Of a stretch of 64,000 nucleotides of DNA, positions 47,597-61,150 are shown piece after piece. Position numbers and translations under genes: made by a program. The notes beneath the pieces were generated by a model that saw only the letters and a list, made by a program, of their open reading frames with translations, had not been told where the DNA came from and ran no database searches. Every line of letters starts with the position of its first letter. Positions within the stretch are counted from its first letter, which is position 1. Origin of the DNA: Kudoa neothunni (lineage: Eukaryota > Animalia > Cnidaria). The stretch is taken from positions 3,968,114 through 4,032,113 of the forward strand of contig OZ199839.1 in NCBI GenBank assembly GCA_964304625.1, read 5' to 3'.

Positions 47597-49473
47597 ATGA
47601 AAACTAATTCTATTGGGTTTGTTCCCAATTTCTGGATATCTTTGATATTGACTATTGTTATATTCAATCTCAATCAACATGAATGCACAGTGGTTGAACT
47701 AACAGACAAAAACTTTGCTCAAGTAGTCTCATCGAGGCCTTTTACAATGGTGGTGTTTTATGCAGACTGGTCGGTTATTGTTTTTTGTCTTTGTTAAATG
47801 TATCGATTGAGAATACTTTCTAGGTGCCACCATTGTCAGACTCTTCTGCCTGAATTGGATGCTTCTGATGACATTTTAGTTCAGAACCGAATTCATGCCA
47901 TTGCTAAAGTTAATAAACTAAGTTGTTACCTATTAATAACCACTTAAAAGGTTAATTGTAATACCAGTGGAAAAGAAACATGCGACAATATGAAAATAAC
48001 TTACTTTCCAACCATCTACACAATGTTGTATGGACAAGTTACTGATCAATATAAAAACGAATATGATGCAAGTAATAATTTCAATAAATGTTTTAGCATC
48101 CTTAAACTTTAATTTTTAAAACTAAAACTTTGAAGTTTATTGTTCTTTTTCATTTCATCTATGAGTACATTCGTTTTGTTGTTCTTCTTCCTTATGTAAA
48201 TTATCGAAAAGATTAAACGAAATATTGGGTCAAATTTTGTTTAACCTACATAATCAAATATTCTTCTAAGAAAGAATTTTTAGAAAGTATTACCAACTAC
48301 ATAATTTCAAGGTTGAACGTCGTTCTTGGAGCCAATGGGGGTCTTTCTGTACCAACCCCTGCATACAACTATTTAACCAATTCATTGAATCCTCAGCTAA
48401 CAGCGCCTTCGTTGCAAGTAACTGGACACACAAAAACAGGTTTCAATTTCCCATTTAGATGAATAATCCTTGGCAAAAAAGTTTTGAACCACCTAGCATT
48501 GACCAGAAACCTAGTGATGACGATTGGATTGCTTATGATGTTTTTAAATACAACCAAAACTATAATAATATTCGCGAAAGTAATTTTTACAATCCTCCAT
48601 CAAGATATCCGAATTATGAAAACTTTTGGTCAAATTCAAACATAAACTTTCCGAATTATCCAGCCCCATTCAACCCTTCTTTCCCCTTCGACAACATAAT
48701 GTATCAACATGCCATGTCGTATTTGTACAATACATTCGACAACAATCATATGTATAAAAATGTGGAACCTTCAGAAAGACCATCATTCAAGGTAAATTTA
48801 TTGTGTAGGTTTTTATTCGCAATAGCTACTGACTGCTAATTCCAGTATTCTCCTCTCCCAAGTCCTCGTCAATATCTGGAGAGTATCACATGGGGAGATA
48901 GAGGTCTATCTTTACCATCAAATAAAAGTTATTCCCTTGACAACTGATAATTTTAAGATTCAAATAGACATGAATCCATGGTTTAATATGAGTCCTTACT
49001 TCCGCTCAATGAACAACTATTACGATTCTCCAAAACCTAGTTCCAATTGGTTTGAATACGCTGGATTGAAAAAACATAATATTACTTCAATATCAAACAG
49101 TTAAATAATATACATACTTTAAATGATAATTTGATATTTTTAAGATGCGAAGAAACTTAAATCCAATCGTGATTGGGAATGGAATCCAGATCTCGATTTG
49201 GGGCATAGACCCGCTGTAAGACAATATATGATCCCTTCCAAATACAGAGCTAATGCTGCTAAATCCTCATATCTCCGGGGAATTATAAAAAAATATCTAA
49301 ATGAGAACGAATCTAATGATGATCACAATAAAAAAAAGCACTCCATACCGTCCACAAAATCCAATAAAGAACTTCCTCCATTTCACAACTCTCCAAATGA
49401 AAGGATCCATCCCACAAAAGATTCTGATTCATTCAAACTAATAGTTGATGCTTTGAGAAAATATAAACCATAA
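47597..49473 (+). CDS. Secreted PDI-like single-thioredoxin-domain protein (WCHHC) with a long Asn/Tyr/Pro-rich tail
   Basis: Signal peptide, then VVELTDKNF...VVFYADW|CHHCQTLLPEL...IAK|VNCN...YFPTI...EYDAKSITNYI across short introns. Downstream exons include ORFs 48459-48839 and 49198-49473. The 3' exon structure is approximate. Confidence 0.78.
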
Positions 49474-50199
49474 ATAAAATTTTTCACCTATTATAATATG
49501 TATTTTTTTCAATAAATTATTTGTTTTGAAAAAATTTGTTCACCTTCGTGCTGTAATTATATCACAATAAATCCAGATATTTCGAGTTATTTAAAGAATC
49601 TCATGGGGTGATAACGTCAGACTCGAAATTTTTACAAAATTCTAAATTGATTATTTTATTTATAATATTCCAGTGCAAATTCGCCAGTTTTTTTAATAAT
49701 GAATGATTAGTTTTTTAAAATCAATACTTTTTTATAATAAAATTAAAATTATTTCTTAAATAGAACTATAAACTATGTTTTGTAACTAAATTTTTATTAA
49801 CAATGAATATAAGTTTTTTTTAATATTTAATTAACTGAAGTCAGAGAAGAAACCAAATAGCTTTGGATAGCTTTTCATTAAAAATGGTCTAATAAATTAA
49901 AGTAAATTGCATAAAATTAAAAAATACAATGACTATTGAAACGGATGGAAGTCTCTTCGTAATTATTCTCTATTTAAAAAAAGTTTTAATTTTGTTGATA
50001 TTGATATACGTACTTAATCAAAATATTGGAGGCTTTTTCAGCCCAATTTGTTGATAATTGATTTGTTGTTCCAAAAGTTTTTTTTTCGCACAGTTTATAT
50101 GTGATAATTTAAAATACAATATTTTTGAAAATTATTTTTTAGTAATATTTTGTAAAATATCATTTAACAATGAGATATAACTTTATACAATATTCGAGA

Positions 50200-52060
50200 T
50201 GGCATCGTAATTCTTCATTAATTATGTGTGAGTATTTTTGGATTTTGTCGAGAGATTTTTTTATATTTTCTTATGGAGTCAATTAACATTAAAAATTTAA
50301 ATGCATAATGTCAAATTTATGGTCCAATGGATTTTGAAGCACTTGGAGGATTACATCTAATATGGGTAAGCTTTGATGATAAACTTTACCTTCATTCTAG
50401 CTAAACAGGCTATTATAAGGGCTTTTCTCTATCTTTATATATTTCCATTAAGATTCGTATTTCTACGAATTCATTAGATGCTACTACATCCATATCGATC
50501 CACTTCTTGTTGAAATAGAATTTTCCAATCAAATTAATAATTCCGATTATTTAAAAAAAATTATGCATAAGGGATAAAAGATATTTATTATGTTGTTGAC
50601 ATTTTTAACAATATATAGTAGGGCCAAGAGATTTCTTCATAATATTTCCTACAAAATTCCTTTAAGCTAGTGGCTCACTAAAATTCCATACATCACTTTA
50701 CTGAACGTTGATTTCCTAATATGTTTACAGTCTATTGTTTTAATGGATGTTTCAGTTGTTTCTATACAATCACATTTAAATTCATCTCTCAGAGATTGAA
50801 ATATATCAATACATTCTTCAGTTTCACTCACTTTTTATGCAAGCAGCGTTGTATTATTTGGGTAGGGTGGCAATACGCTTTAAATAACAATTTTAAACAT
50901 TATATTGAATATTTTTACTGCTAGATTACGTGATATTCACTATCAGCCATTATAATTGAGAACATATTGCATGCCACATTAAAGCACAAAGAGCAACTCA
51001 TAATGGTAAATCCACCTTCAATATTTATACAAAATATCATAACAAACAGAAAAATAAATAATTTAAGACATAATTATTTGTTTGAGACATCATCGATTCT
51101 GTGATAGAAGCGAAGAAACGACTCGTAAAGTTAGAATTTTTCAAATTGGATTCAGTTGTTTACTGAACTGAAATTTTCATTCTGTTTATTAGCCATCAGT
51201 CCTCCTGATTGATCCTTCCTTTCGTACACTGTTATTAATCTGAGCAATAACCTCTTCCCAATAGTTAAAAATCGATGAATATCTACAACGATACTTCAAT
51301 TCATAAGAGTTCTGATCATAAAACTCACTGTTAAAGTGACGAAATCTACCACCATCCATGGCAATAATACAATTTCCTTCCTTGAAAACTTCCCATATTT
51401 TTTGGAGGAACTATTGAAAGGCAGCAGCATTTACTCATCCCTTTAAGATCTCACAATGCATTTACTAAAGGCACTAGTTGCAATTATAATCGTTACGTTA
51501 GGACTTCTGTTGTTTCTTATAACAGGAATTGAAGTTGTTCCAAAGAATGAGATCGGCCAAAAGCTCGTAATAAATGCAACAAAATTGGACTTTCATACAA
51601 GTAAATCAACTTGCTATGTCTTCTATCGATAGGAATATTTTTGCACCGGCTAGCATAATCCCATCTCTCATTTCATAATCCTTCAATTTTTAATTTGATG
51701 TATTTTTTCTGTCATTTAAATGAAATGTTCAAAGATTTAGATCACCTTCAAACAGTCGACCAAAAAAGTCTGAGTGCAGTTCCTCTAGCGTGGACTCCGA
51801 AGTAACAATTCAGTCATCGCGAATCAACCGAGTAAGGCGATCTTTAATATCATCATTTAAAATAACGTTACTGGCGCTGCTTTTGTTGCCTTCTTCATAG
51901 TCATTAACTGAGCGATTTCTTCGAACCATGCCACTCAATGTTGATCTTGTTATTTTTAAATCTCTTGAAATATCTGCTTAAGATTTCCCTTTTTGACAAC
52001 AAGAAGTATTACCCTATTTCTCATTTTTCAATTTTTTCAATATTAGGGATATTGCGTTAT
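50200..52060 (-). mobile_element. Heavily decayed pogo/Jerky-like transposase remnant
   Basis: On the minus strand, HTH-like ADISRDLKITRSTLSGM near 51930-51990 and an LQNPLDH-like DDE_1 motif near 50320-50370. No clear TIRs, so boundaries are approximate. Confidence 0.4.
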
Positions 52061-52604
52061 TATTAGCGTCAAATTTTAAAGCGGAAGTTTAAATTCAGAT
52101 CGTCCGGTTCTGAATATCATGGAATCCAGTTTGGGACGCAAAATGTGGTAAAAAGAATTTATTTAGCAGTTTAAATCATTTCCATTTTTTATATTAAATT
52201 CAAGCTTTTACCGGTGATTTTACATAACGATTGCTTGCAAAGCAGTGCCGACTCCGTCTGGAGAGATTTTAAGGGGTTAATAACCAAATGTCTTGTTACT
52301 CTTCCTAAAATTTATTGGTCAAAAATTTAATACAATAAAATTATGGAATATATTAACACAAATTAATTCATTAAATAAAAAGAAGAATTCTTATATCCCA
52401 TAAGTCTTTGGAAGATATCTCTTTCCCTGACTTTAGAAGGTTAAGTAAACATTAAAAACTTGAAAAAATAGAACAAAAAAGACAAATGATGCGATTTTTA
52501 ATGCAAATATAAAATGAGTTAAATTAAAGCTAAACAGTCTGCATTGAATACACAGGTAAAAGTATATGAGAGCAACAAACAGTGATTTCTACAAAAAAAG
52601 ATGT

Positions 52605-53275
52605 TCAGGCAGATACAAAAATAGATTTTTGGGCGTCGTTTTCACATAACGCATCGAACTTGGCCAAGTATTCGTGAAGTTCAGGAGAGAGCTTTTCCTT
52701 ATTGTCGCAAAGTTTGACCCACATACGTTTCCTCACTAGAACCACAAATTAATATATGATAAACGTCAAAAATGTTTACAATGAAATTCGACCCACTGAT
52801 CATCAGGAAGAAAATCTGTCACATACATTACAAACATGTGGGTGATGGAACTTTTTCTTGAGCTCTAAACCACACATGGATAATAACAGATCGGTATGCA
52901 TTAATGTAAGCATAAGTAATAATTACTTTAAACGACCCCAAATATTCACCTATATCTCCAATTACTCCAGCCTAAATTAATTTCTACATAGAGAACTCGA
53001 TTGTGGATTATGTGATTTACTTCTTCTTTAGCTTCACGCAAGGCAGCATCATAAATCGATTCACCGGGTTCGACACCACCTGCCGGTGCGATGAGACAGT
53101 TTTTTCTTGACGTAACCAACATTACCTTCAATAAAAATTACATTAGAACACAGCGCTAGGAAGATAAGGCTAAACGTTGCTGTACTTCTTTATGGCTCCT
53201 ATCTTTGAAAATGAGGCAGCCAGCTCGACGAACTAAGCCATTTTCATCAAAAGTGCGTATATTCGAAGCGGACAT
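52605..53275 (-). CDS. NUDT3: Diphosphoinositol-polyphosphate phosphohydrolase-type Nudix hydrolase (DIPP/Aps), ~5 exons
   Basis: MSASNIRTFDENGLVRRAGCLIF...E|VMLVTSRK...GGVEPGESIYDAALREAKEE|AGV (Nudix box)...RKRMWV. The RT.D..G...RA.C.F N-terminus is typical of NUDT3/4/10/11. Confidence 0.88.
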
Positions 53276-55305
53276 AATAAACCAGTGGTTAACAACAGTA
53301 GCACAGTAATTCAGAACAAATAGATAGCTGCAGTTATACGAGATAAATCTGATACTGCAACAACGGCTATTATACAAAACTGTGAGGTACGATTAGTCCG
53401 AATCAAACAGGTTTCACCTTTAGACGATCAGATTAACGGATGACGCGTAGCACAATTGACGCAAATGAGACAAACCACAAGCCTCAAATTAACAAATATT
53501 TTAGAGCTATTGCGTTTCTGCAAATCAATAAATGTGTTATTTTAAAAATAATTAACACAATGGCAATTAAAATGAATTTATCATTTGTCAAAAAGTTCAA
53601 ATAGGTCACCTCATCTGGGGATCCTCCTAAAATATGCTATATTCAATATTTTAGTTGTTTGGAGACTAATTAGAAAAGCTGATATATGACGATTTATGTT
53701 GTTTTGGTCGGCACGGTGACCAAATTTATTTCTTGTTAAACCTCGCTCACACTCGTAAGTACCACCTAAGTTATAATTGTAGTTGAATTGATTTTTGTGC
53801 ATGACAAACAACTATCGATTAAGATTATTTAAAATGTTGTATTTATTCATATAAGAAATCTTTAGTTGAGTAACCTATACTAAGATTACTCATTTTCAGA
53901 CTAGTTAATCTCCAATAGCGGTATCTCACGAGTGATGTTCATTAGAATAACATTACAGGCCGAAAATATGATTATTGAATCAATGATTACGATAACCCAT
54001 ATAAATAAGGGGGTTAAATAAGTTGATGAGATTAAGGGTTAAATAGATTCAAATTATAATACGTTATACCTGATGCGTAGAAGTGACCGGTAACTTGGGT
54101 TTGCTTTGGCTGCAGGGATTCAATGATACACCTTAGGGGTTCTTTGTCTTCTCATTTAAATATCTTTACCGCGCGTTTTGTATTTTGTAAATTCTTGTAT
54201 AAAATTCGTATTACCCCTATAATTAATGTTTAGAGTGCCAATTATGCCTAACTCTGTTTTAAAATTTCATCGGTATCTGTGTTGAAACAAAATATTTACT
54301 TGATTGTTACATTAATCACACCTTAATTTGGATTTCATTACATAAAAATAGATCCCGGAATCAGTAATCATTTTGAATACATTATTTACTATTTAACCCA
54401 TCAAATTAAATAGTATTCATTTCGGTCTGATACATTTTTTAATATTCAGGATTGATTTGTTTTGCGTAATCCTATTGGGATCATGAGAAATTCAAGTGAA
54501 TAGGGATCTAAATTGAGTTGTTAAAGTTTGCACAAAAATAAGTATGGAATTTGTGCTTCCTGATATTTTGAATGTATATTCTGCACATATAGCATCAACT
54601 AAAATATTTTTATTTATTTAATTCTTATAGATACGAATTTTAATGACGCAATTAAATAACGAATAAATTTCTAATCTAACGTAATTACGGTTACCTGTTA
54701 AGTGTATATTAAATTTTTATTTGTTGAAAATTCAGCATAATGACCGCATTGTCCGATTAAAGATTATAATTCGTTCAGACATTAATCTTACATTTTTAAA
54801 TTTCACATCAGTGTGATATTTGTAAAAAAAGTCGCAATAGAATCGCTGGTATTTAATCCAATAATTTACTTCTGGTAGTGACATTAAAAATTTGTTTCAA
54901 ATTAATCAACTGATTTTGATATGAAATTCATATTCTTATAGATTAAACATTGAAAATTGGTCAACGAGAAGTGGGAATTGTGACAATCCATCAAAATCAT
55001 ATTAGTCACATAAAAAGTTTAGAAAACATAAAAAATGTTTTATTCGATTGATTGTTATGATCTGTAAAAATGATTACGAGAGGCTAATAGATATATAATA
55101 GAGTACAACAACTAGCATGTATAAAAAATACAATACTAAATATGAAATCATATTTTGTTATAATTAAAAAATAAACAAAAATAAATTAATCAATAAAGTC
55201 CGTTACGTGCATTGTCGCCTAGAATATCTTTAAACAATGATAATTTATTTTGAGCCAATACTTTTCCTTATCGTATCGTTATTTAAAATGAGGCTAAACA
55301 TTATA

Positions 55306-57399
55306 CAATAAGGTCTCGATATTGCGTGGCTCGATATAGCGTGGTTTTCAATTGGTAGCCTTTATTTAATTAACACTGTACAATTAATTGGCTGAAATAT
55401 TGTTATATGGTTAATAGAATATGTTTTCATATTTATATATATGTTTTTATATGTAAGATCTGTGAAAATCGAGGGTCTTGCTACTGCGTGGCTCTTTTTC
55501 CATAAAATATTCCGATTAATCCGCCTTTTGTACGGTTACAGAAGTTGAAATGGTTAGGTGTTAGAGAAGCATTAAGGATAAACGAAAAATAATATTGTAT
55601 TATAAATCATTAGGATCGATTCCTAGGGCCAAAGCTTTAACAATAAAGAAATTTAACCTGCTTAGTAAGCATCAATTTCTAATCATTATTAAATAAACAT
55701 AGGCTATTCTTCGTTGGATAGAATGTTGTCCAAGGAAAGCGAAATCATCGATTCAAATTTTTCTGATAGCCGTATTAGAATAAAAAACGGGAATTATGAT
55801 GAGCTTGAAAGTCTACTATTCAACTGGGTTGTTCCCCAAAGAGAAAAGAAGAATATTCCGGGATTTATTATTTACGAAAAGGCTGCAAAAATAGCTGAAG
55901 ATCTCTGTTAAGATTGTTGCAACTATTATTCATAATACTATGATCAAAAATGCAACAGTAATCTTCTTCGAGATAATAGTAGTTTATATATATAATAAAG
56001 TAATTAACTACTATCTTGAGGATTCTAATGCTTGATAATTAAGGGTCATTATTTTGTATTAATAGAATCCTATAGGTATTCTAACAATCTCAAAATTTAC
56101 GATTTTAATTGTAGTAAAGGCTGGTTCTCTAATTTCAAGACAAGATATTGTTTGACGAATATCAGATTACATGGAGAGACTGGAAGTGCTGATGTAAGTG
56201 CAGTCTCTGAATGGATTAATAATAATCCAAATATTCTTGGTAAGTATAAACGGGAAGATATTATAAATATGGATGAAGCCGCCCCTTTTTTTTAAGAACA
56301 ATTACCTCAGCGAACTTATGTCACCAAGCACGAATCTGGTATAAGAGAGACAAAACAGTCCAAAAAAAGTAACAATATTGGTTATTGCTTCAAGTACCGG
56401 CGAAAAATTTCCATTTCACGTGATTGGAAAATTTAAGAAGCCGCGTTGTTTTAATGGGGTCAAAAATCTCCCAGTAAACTATAAGTCTCAAAAAATGGTT
56501 GGATGTCCGCGGCTCTATTCTTAGAAATCCTAAAAAATTTAGATAAAAAGTTCAGTCAAGAAAATAGAAAAGTCCTTATCCTTCTTGATCAATCCCCGCC
56601 TCATCCCAATTTCACGAACCACTTTAATAACATTGAATTGGTGTTCCTACCTAAAAACACCACCATTGTCCTCCAGCCAATGGATCTCGGCATCATTCAT
56701 ATTTTGAAGGCAAACTACCGCAAATCGTTGGCCAGAAAGTTTGTCTGACGAGGATATTTCAACATCCTTCAAATACACGATTATGGATTGTTTTCATACG
56801 TTGAATGAAGCATGGGACATGGTAGAGAGAAAAACTATTGAAAAATGTTTCAAGAAATCTCAGATATTTAGAGTTCGTAGGATTAACTAATAAATTTATA
56901 TTAATATAAAATAAAGAGGATACTAACGCAGACGTCGACTCCGCATCTGAAACAATAATTGTTGGTAAATATGCATTTCAGGTAAGTTTGTTTCAAATAA
57001 GTTCCTAGACGACTTTGACGATGTAAGTAAATTAGAGGGAGCTGAAACCGTACGTGAGGACGCATCATATCAAATCGATAAGGATATTTCTATTGTTTCA
57101 AAATGCGGTAAAGATCCAGATTTTGATGAAAATAATGAAATAGTTAGCTCTGCTGAATTAAAAAATGAGATAAATATTATCAGAAAAGCTTTTATGCGAG
57201 AGAATCCTGCTGTTTTGATCTATACTCATCCCATAATGGACGAAATATATAAAATTATTAAAAATAGAGATAAGTTTAAAAAAATAGATGACTTTTTTGT
57301 TAAAAATTAATATTTTTCGTTGTTTTCGCATGTGCCGGTCTCAGTATTGCGTGGAAAATTCCTATTCCCAAAAAAACACGCAATATCCAGACCTTACCG
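55306..57399 (+). mobile_element. pogo/Tigger transposon with a decayed transposase
   Basis: TA|CAATAAGGTCTCGATATTGCGTG...CACGCAATATCCAGACCTTACCG|TA. Motifs ELESLLFNW, SKGWFSNFK, HGETGSAD, INMDEA, LILLDQSPPH and LPKNTTIVLQPMDLGII. Confidence 0.9.
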
Positions 57400-57590
57400 T
57401 ATGTTAAATAATCACGAGTTATTACGAAACAATACTTAATATTGTCCGAAAACCACCGAGAACTAATTACGCAGTAGCTGATTTTTTTCTCATTATCCCA
57501 CTAAAAGAATAATTCCGTATTATCTTGGTTATTTCAGAATAATTTTCTGCATACAATAAATTAAAAAAATATTGGGCCTTTTTGTCTTAA

Positions 57591-60500
57591 CCTTCCGAGC
57601 ACTTTGGGGTCATATATGACCCCAGGTTTCTTTCCATTAAATATTGCGGAAAATTTTAAGCGCCATAATCCATAGTTCTATAGAATTCTGTCGATAAAAT
57701 AAAGAGAAAATGAGGAAAACCTATCCTGAATTCATACGAGTGATGGCGAATCGGGTTAGTTTAGAATGATGAATAGTTTTGACGAAGAATATTCCACAGA
57801 CTTTGAGGGTGACTGTAGCGAAATTTTTGATACCACCCGATATTGTGATCCAAAGTCCTATTCATCAGATTCTAATTCAGCTAAAAGTGGCGTTAATTCG
57901 ACTTTGCATTACGGCAAAAGTAATGCAGTATGGACTGCAGTGATGCACAAATCATCCAGAGTATGCAAGGTGAATATCATGGATAAAGCTCCCGACATTA
58001 CTGCATTCACAGCACACAGAATATCTGAATTAGTGGATTGCCTTCACATATTTATCAATGAAAATTCTTATGAAACCGTTGTAAAGTACACAAATGAATT
58101 TGGCGTACGTCGCAGGGTGGCACACTGCCCGACGTCGGACAAAATTAATCCGCAAACGGACAACATTAAATTGGATCAGGACATGCGGAAATAATGCCAC
58201 CCCAAAGTGTTCCGATCATTTAGATTAAAATCCAAAACAATGCAATTTGAAAAATTTACGGAAGCTTCTTGCTGAAAAGAATATTGGGTTAGTTGGGAAC
58301 ACAAATACAGCCGATCTCCATCTCTGGAAATACATCTCACTCATTAAATAGAATGATTGCACTTACAAATCTCACACTATATTTAAATATGCTATCAAAC
58401 TTTCGCCCTTAGAAACTCTGATGAACTTTTAATTGGTCCAGATAATTTAAAATTTCATAAATGTCCGATTTTGAATAGGTTACAAAGCCTAAAATTAAAC
58501 ATATCACTAATTATAAGAACCAGTTGAAGGATACGACTGCAGATCAGCTTGAATTAAAAGAAATATTTTATCTGGGAGTGAAATATGGATCACTTTATCA
58601 AAACATTGATGTTTATGAGGCATGGAGTGGAAGGATGATTACGCCAAGGTATATTGAAATGATTTATTTGGCACATGCTTGGCCCATCGAATTAAATGAG
58701 TTTTCATTAAAATATTTAGAGGATTTGTAGCGCAAATTCGTTTCTACATTAACAACGGCACATGTGATTGCCCTGTCTTTCATCCTAATTATAAAAAGTT
58801 TGAATATTTAAAGTGGATTGCACCTAATGATGAAGTTAAAAAACGCAGTTATAAATATATTTTCCATAATTTTAGACTTTTTTAAAATTAAACATATAAA
58901 TGTACTAGTTAATAATGCCTTTTCTGATTCCATTCTAAGTTAACCTAACCTTGGTCAAAAAAGAAGACTCATGGTTACTATCGACATTTTCTTTCTATCG
59001 TCGAATATCGCACGTATGGGAAGAAATACGAAATTATTTAGGCGAATCTGTTTCGAAAATATATGATTATCCTCTAATTTATGGCGCTCATTCTAACCTC
59101 AAACATCTCGCGAGGTCAATTTATTCTATCCCAGCAAGTTCTGCGGAATGTAAAAGACTTGCCTCAAGGGCTGAATTAACGTTTCAAAAGTTCCGTAATC
59201 GCCCTAAAGTCATGTTAATTTGAAAAGCTAGTTTTTCTCAGAGATTATAACTCCTCTAGATCATTATAATAGTTGTTTAATCAAAATAGATGTACGGAGG
59301 TTTTTTATAGACTGTACACATGCTCAACTGTTTCTATATGGATTATCTAGTGTCGGACATGGACAAATTTTATTGAACCTTGTGCCACTCTGTTACATTA
59401 TTATAAAGAATGATGGAAAGAGCTGTCAAAAATAGAATGTAGAACCTATATAGGTATTCTTATATATATGGCGATATTCAAATTAAAACTGGAGCTATTG
59501 AAGTAGTTGTGGAGTTTAGATAAAGGTTGGGACATATTTCGTCAAATAGTGCCTATCAGAAGATTTATTGAAATTACTAGAGCACTCCATTTTGACGACT
59601 ATAACACCAGACTTGCAAGGAGAGAACGTGATAAATTTTTCCCCATTCGCGAAATTTTTTGAGAATTGGAAAGAGGTACTTTCGTAATGTTTGATACCAC
59701 ATTCTGACCTGACCAGTGATGAGCAAATAGTCGCATTTAGGGGCGAATGCCCCTTTAAGCAATATATGCCATCAAAAACCAGCTGTTTATGTGATCAACT
59801 TTTTTTTATTAATGGATCCAATGACAAATTTTTGTCACATCTCCGTCTACTTGGGAAAAGTTAACGATCAAAGGGCTAAATGTCTAGGTGGAATTGTTGG
59901 GTTAAACCTTGTATCTCACTTGAAACCAAGTGGTAGAAACTTTGTTTTTGACAATTATTCTAGCTCAGTACCTCTGCTGAGAAAGTACTAAATCAAAGAC
60001 TAGCTATGGTTGGAAAAATACTGGCTAACAAAAGTGGCATTCCTGAATTGATGAAGGTGAATGAATCAAGTGAGGTATATAATTCTCTCTTTCTCTTCAA
60101 TGGAAAGCTGTTAGTATCTTATGTACCCAAGAAAAATAAGGCCGTCCTATTATCAGTTACTTCGTCAAACAAAACGGGTATATTCACGGATGAGCAAAAA
60201 CCGGGCATTATCACATTCTACACTAAAACTAAAGGAGGTGTCGATATGGTTGCTCGAATACTTGCATCAACCAGCGTCAAAAAATATATGAAACCGGTTG
60301 TCAGACAGTAGTGTTTTTCGACATTCTGGATATTAGTCTTATTAATGCTTATAGTTTGTATAAAATCGTATTTAATGATAACGGAATCAAACGAAACCAA
60401 TTCTTAGAAAAATTTGCTGACATACTTATTCAAACATTTCTTTCAAACAAACAATTTTTACGTCCTAATCGATCAATTACAATAAACCATCACATGTCTT

Positions 60501-60645
60501 CCTTAAAAACCCGAAAAAGATGTTCCAAACGTCCCAGAAATACTGATATATAAGTTAGAACTTCATGTTCTTCGTGTTTGAAATATATCTGTAAGCAACA
60601 TTCATTGTCTGTTTGCCAGCAATGTTTATCAAAACTTAAAAAATA
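57591..60645 (+). mobile_element. Decayed piggyBac transposon (transposase pseudogene) interrupted by a hAT element
   Basis: TTAA|CCTTCCGAGC end with palindrome GGGGTCATATATGACCCC. Acidic N-terminus (57766), DEQIVAFRGECPFKQYMPSK, DNYSSSVPL, KGGVDMV and a C-terminal Cys-rich domain. The right TIR was not found adjacent. Confidence 0.85.
58113..59392 (+). mobile_element. hAT element inserted in the piggyBac transposase
   Basis: TIRs CAGGGTGGCACA and TGTGCCACTCTG. hAT dimerisation motif LARSIYSIPASSAECKRLAS (ORF 58951-59223). piggyBac coding sequence resumes after 59400. Confidence 0.82.
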
Positions 60646-60659
60646 GACTTTCTTGGTTA

Positions 60660-61150
60660 TTAATATTGCTGTATCCAAGTTCGCGTGGGCTGTGCTAGCG
60701 AAAAGAAACACTTTGGAACAAACGACAAAAGAGATTAGATGGATGTCAATTAGAATACGATGTTTATATACTAATGATGTATTAGCGCCAACCGCATTAT
60801 GGGGAGATATTGTGGGAATAGTGATGTTTGGAGTTTGGAGGACAATAATGGAATTTAGAGATATGGTTCGTTTACCCTTCTGTTGAAATAGTTGAGTATT
60901 GGAGATAGGTTGAGAGATGCATCTTTCTGTTTGGTGGGTTTGGATGGAAATCATTTATAATGAAGTAATAGTAAGGGAGTTGCTGGGAAAGGAATTATAT
61001 GGTGGGAAGTAGGTTTGAGAAAAAGATTATGTACATGACAAATGTAAACTGTCTGTCTGGTATACGGGTAATCTGGGAGGGAGTATGTGACAGTAAAATT
61101 TAACGTGGTTGCGCATGCACTAAATACCCGGTTTATATACAGTTTAATTT
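60660..61150 (+). mobile_element. Possible 3' remnant of an old LTR retrotransposon (integrase tail, PPT, LTR start)
   Basis: G-rich segment with PSSRGL and IMGR-like traces, then GGGAGGGAGTA|TGTGAC at ~61075-61091, which looks like a PPT-LTR junction. Confidence 0.35.

Noticed and set aside
48067-48283. Apparent GC-AG intron (GAT|GCAAGT) in the thioredoxin gene
   Set aside because: A canonical GT donor 4 nt downstream joined to the TTTTTAG acceptor gives EYDAKSITNYI, which fits the PDI helix well.
58105-59400. hAT TSD copies differ at CpG positions (GTACGTCG vs TTACATTA), hinting at methylation-driven decay
   Set aside because: Eight bases are too few to support any claim about DNA methylation.
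60490-60954. 154-aa minus-strand ORF
   Set aside because: It overlaps the piggyBac C-terminus and the putative LTR-element remnant on the opposite strand and has no convincing domain.
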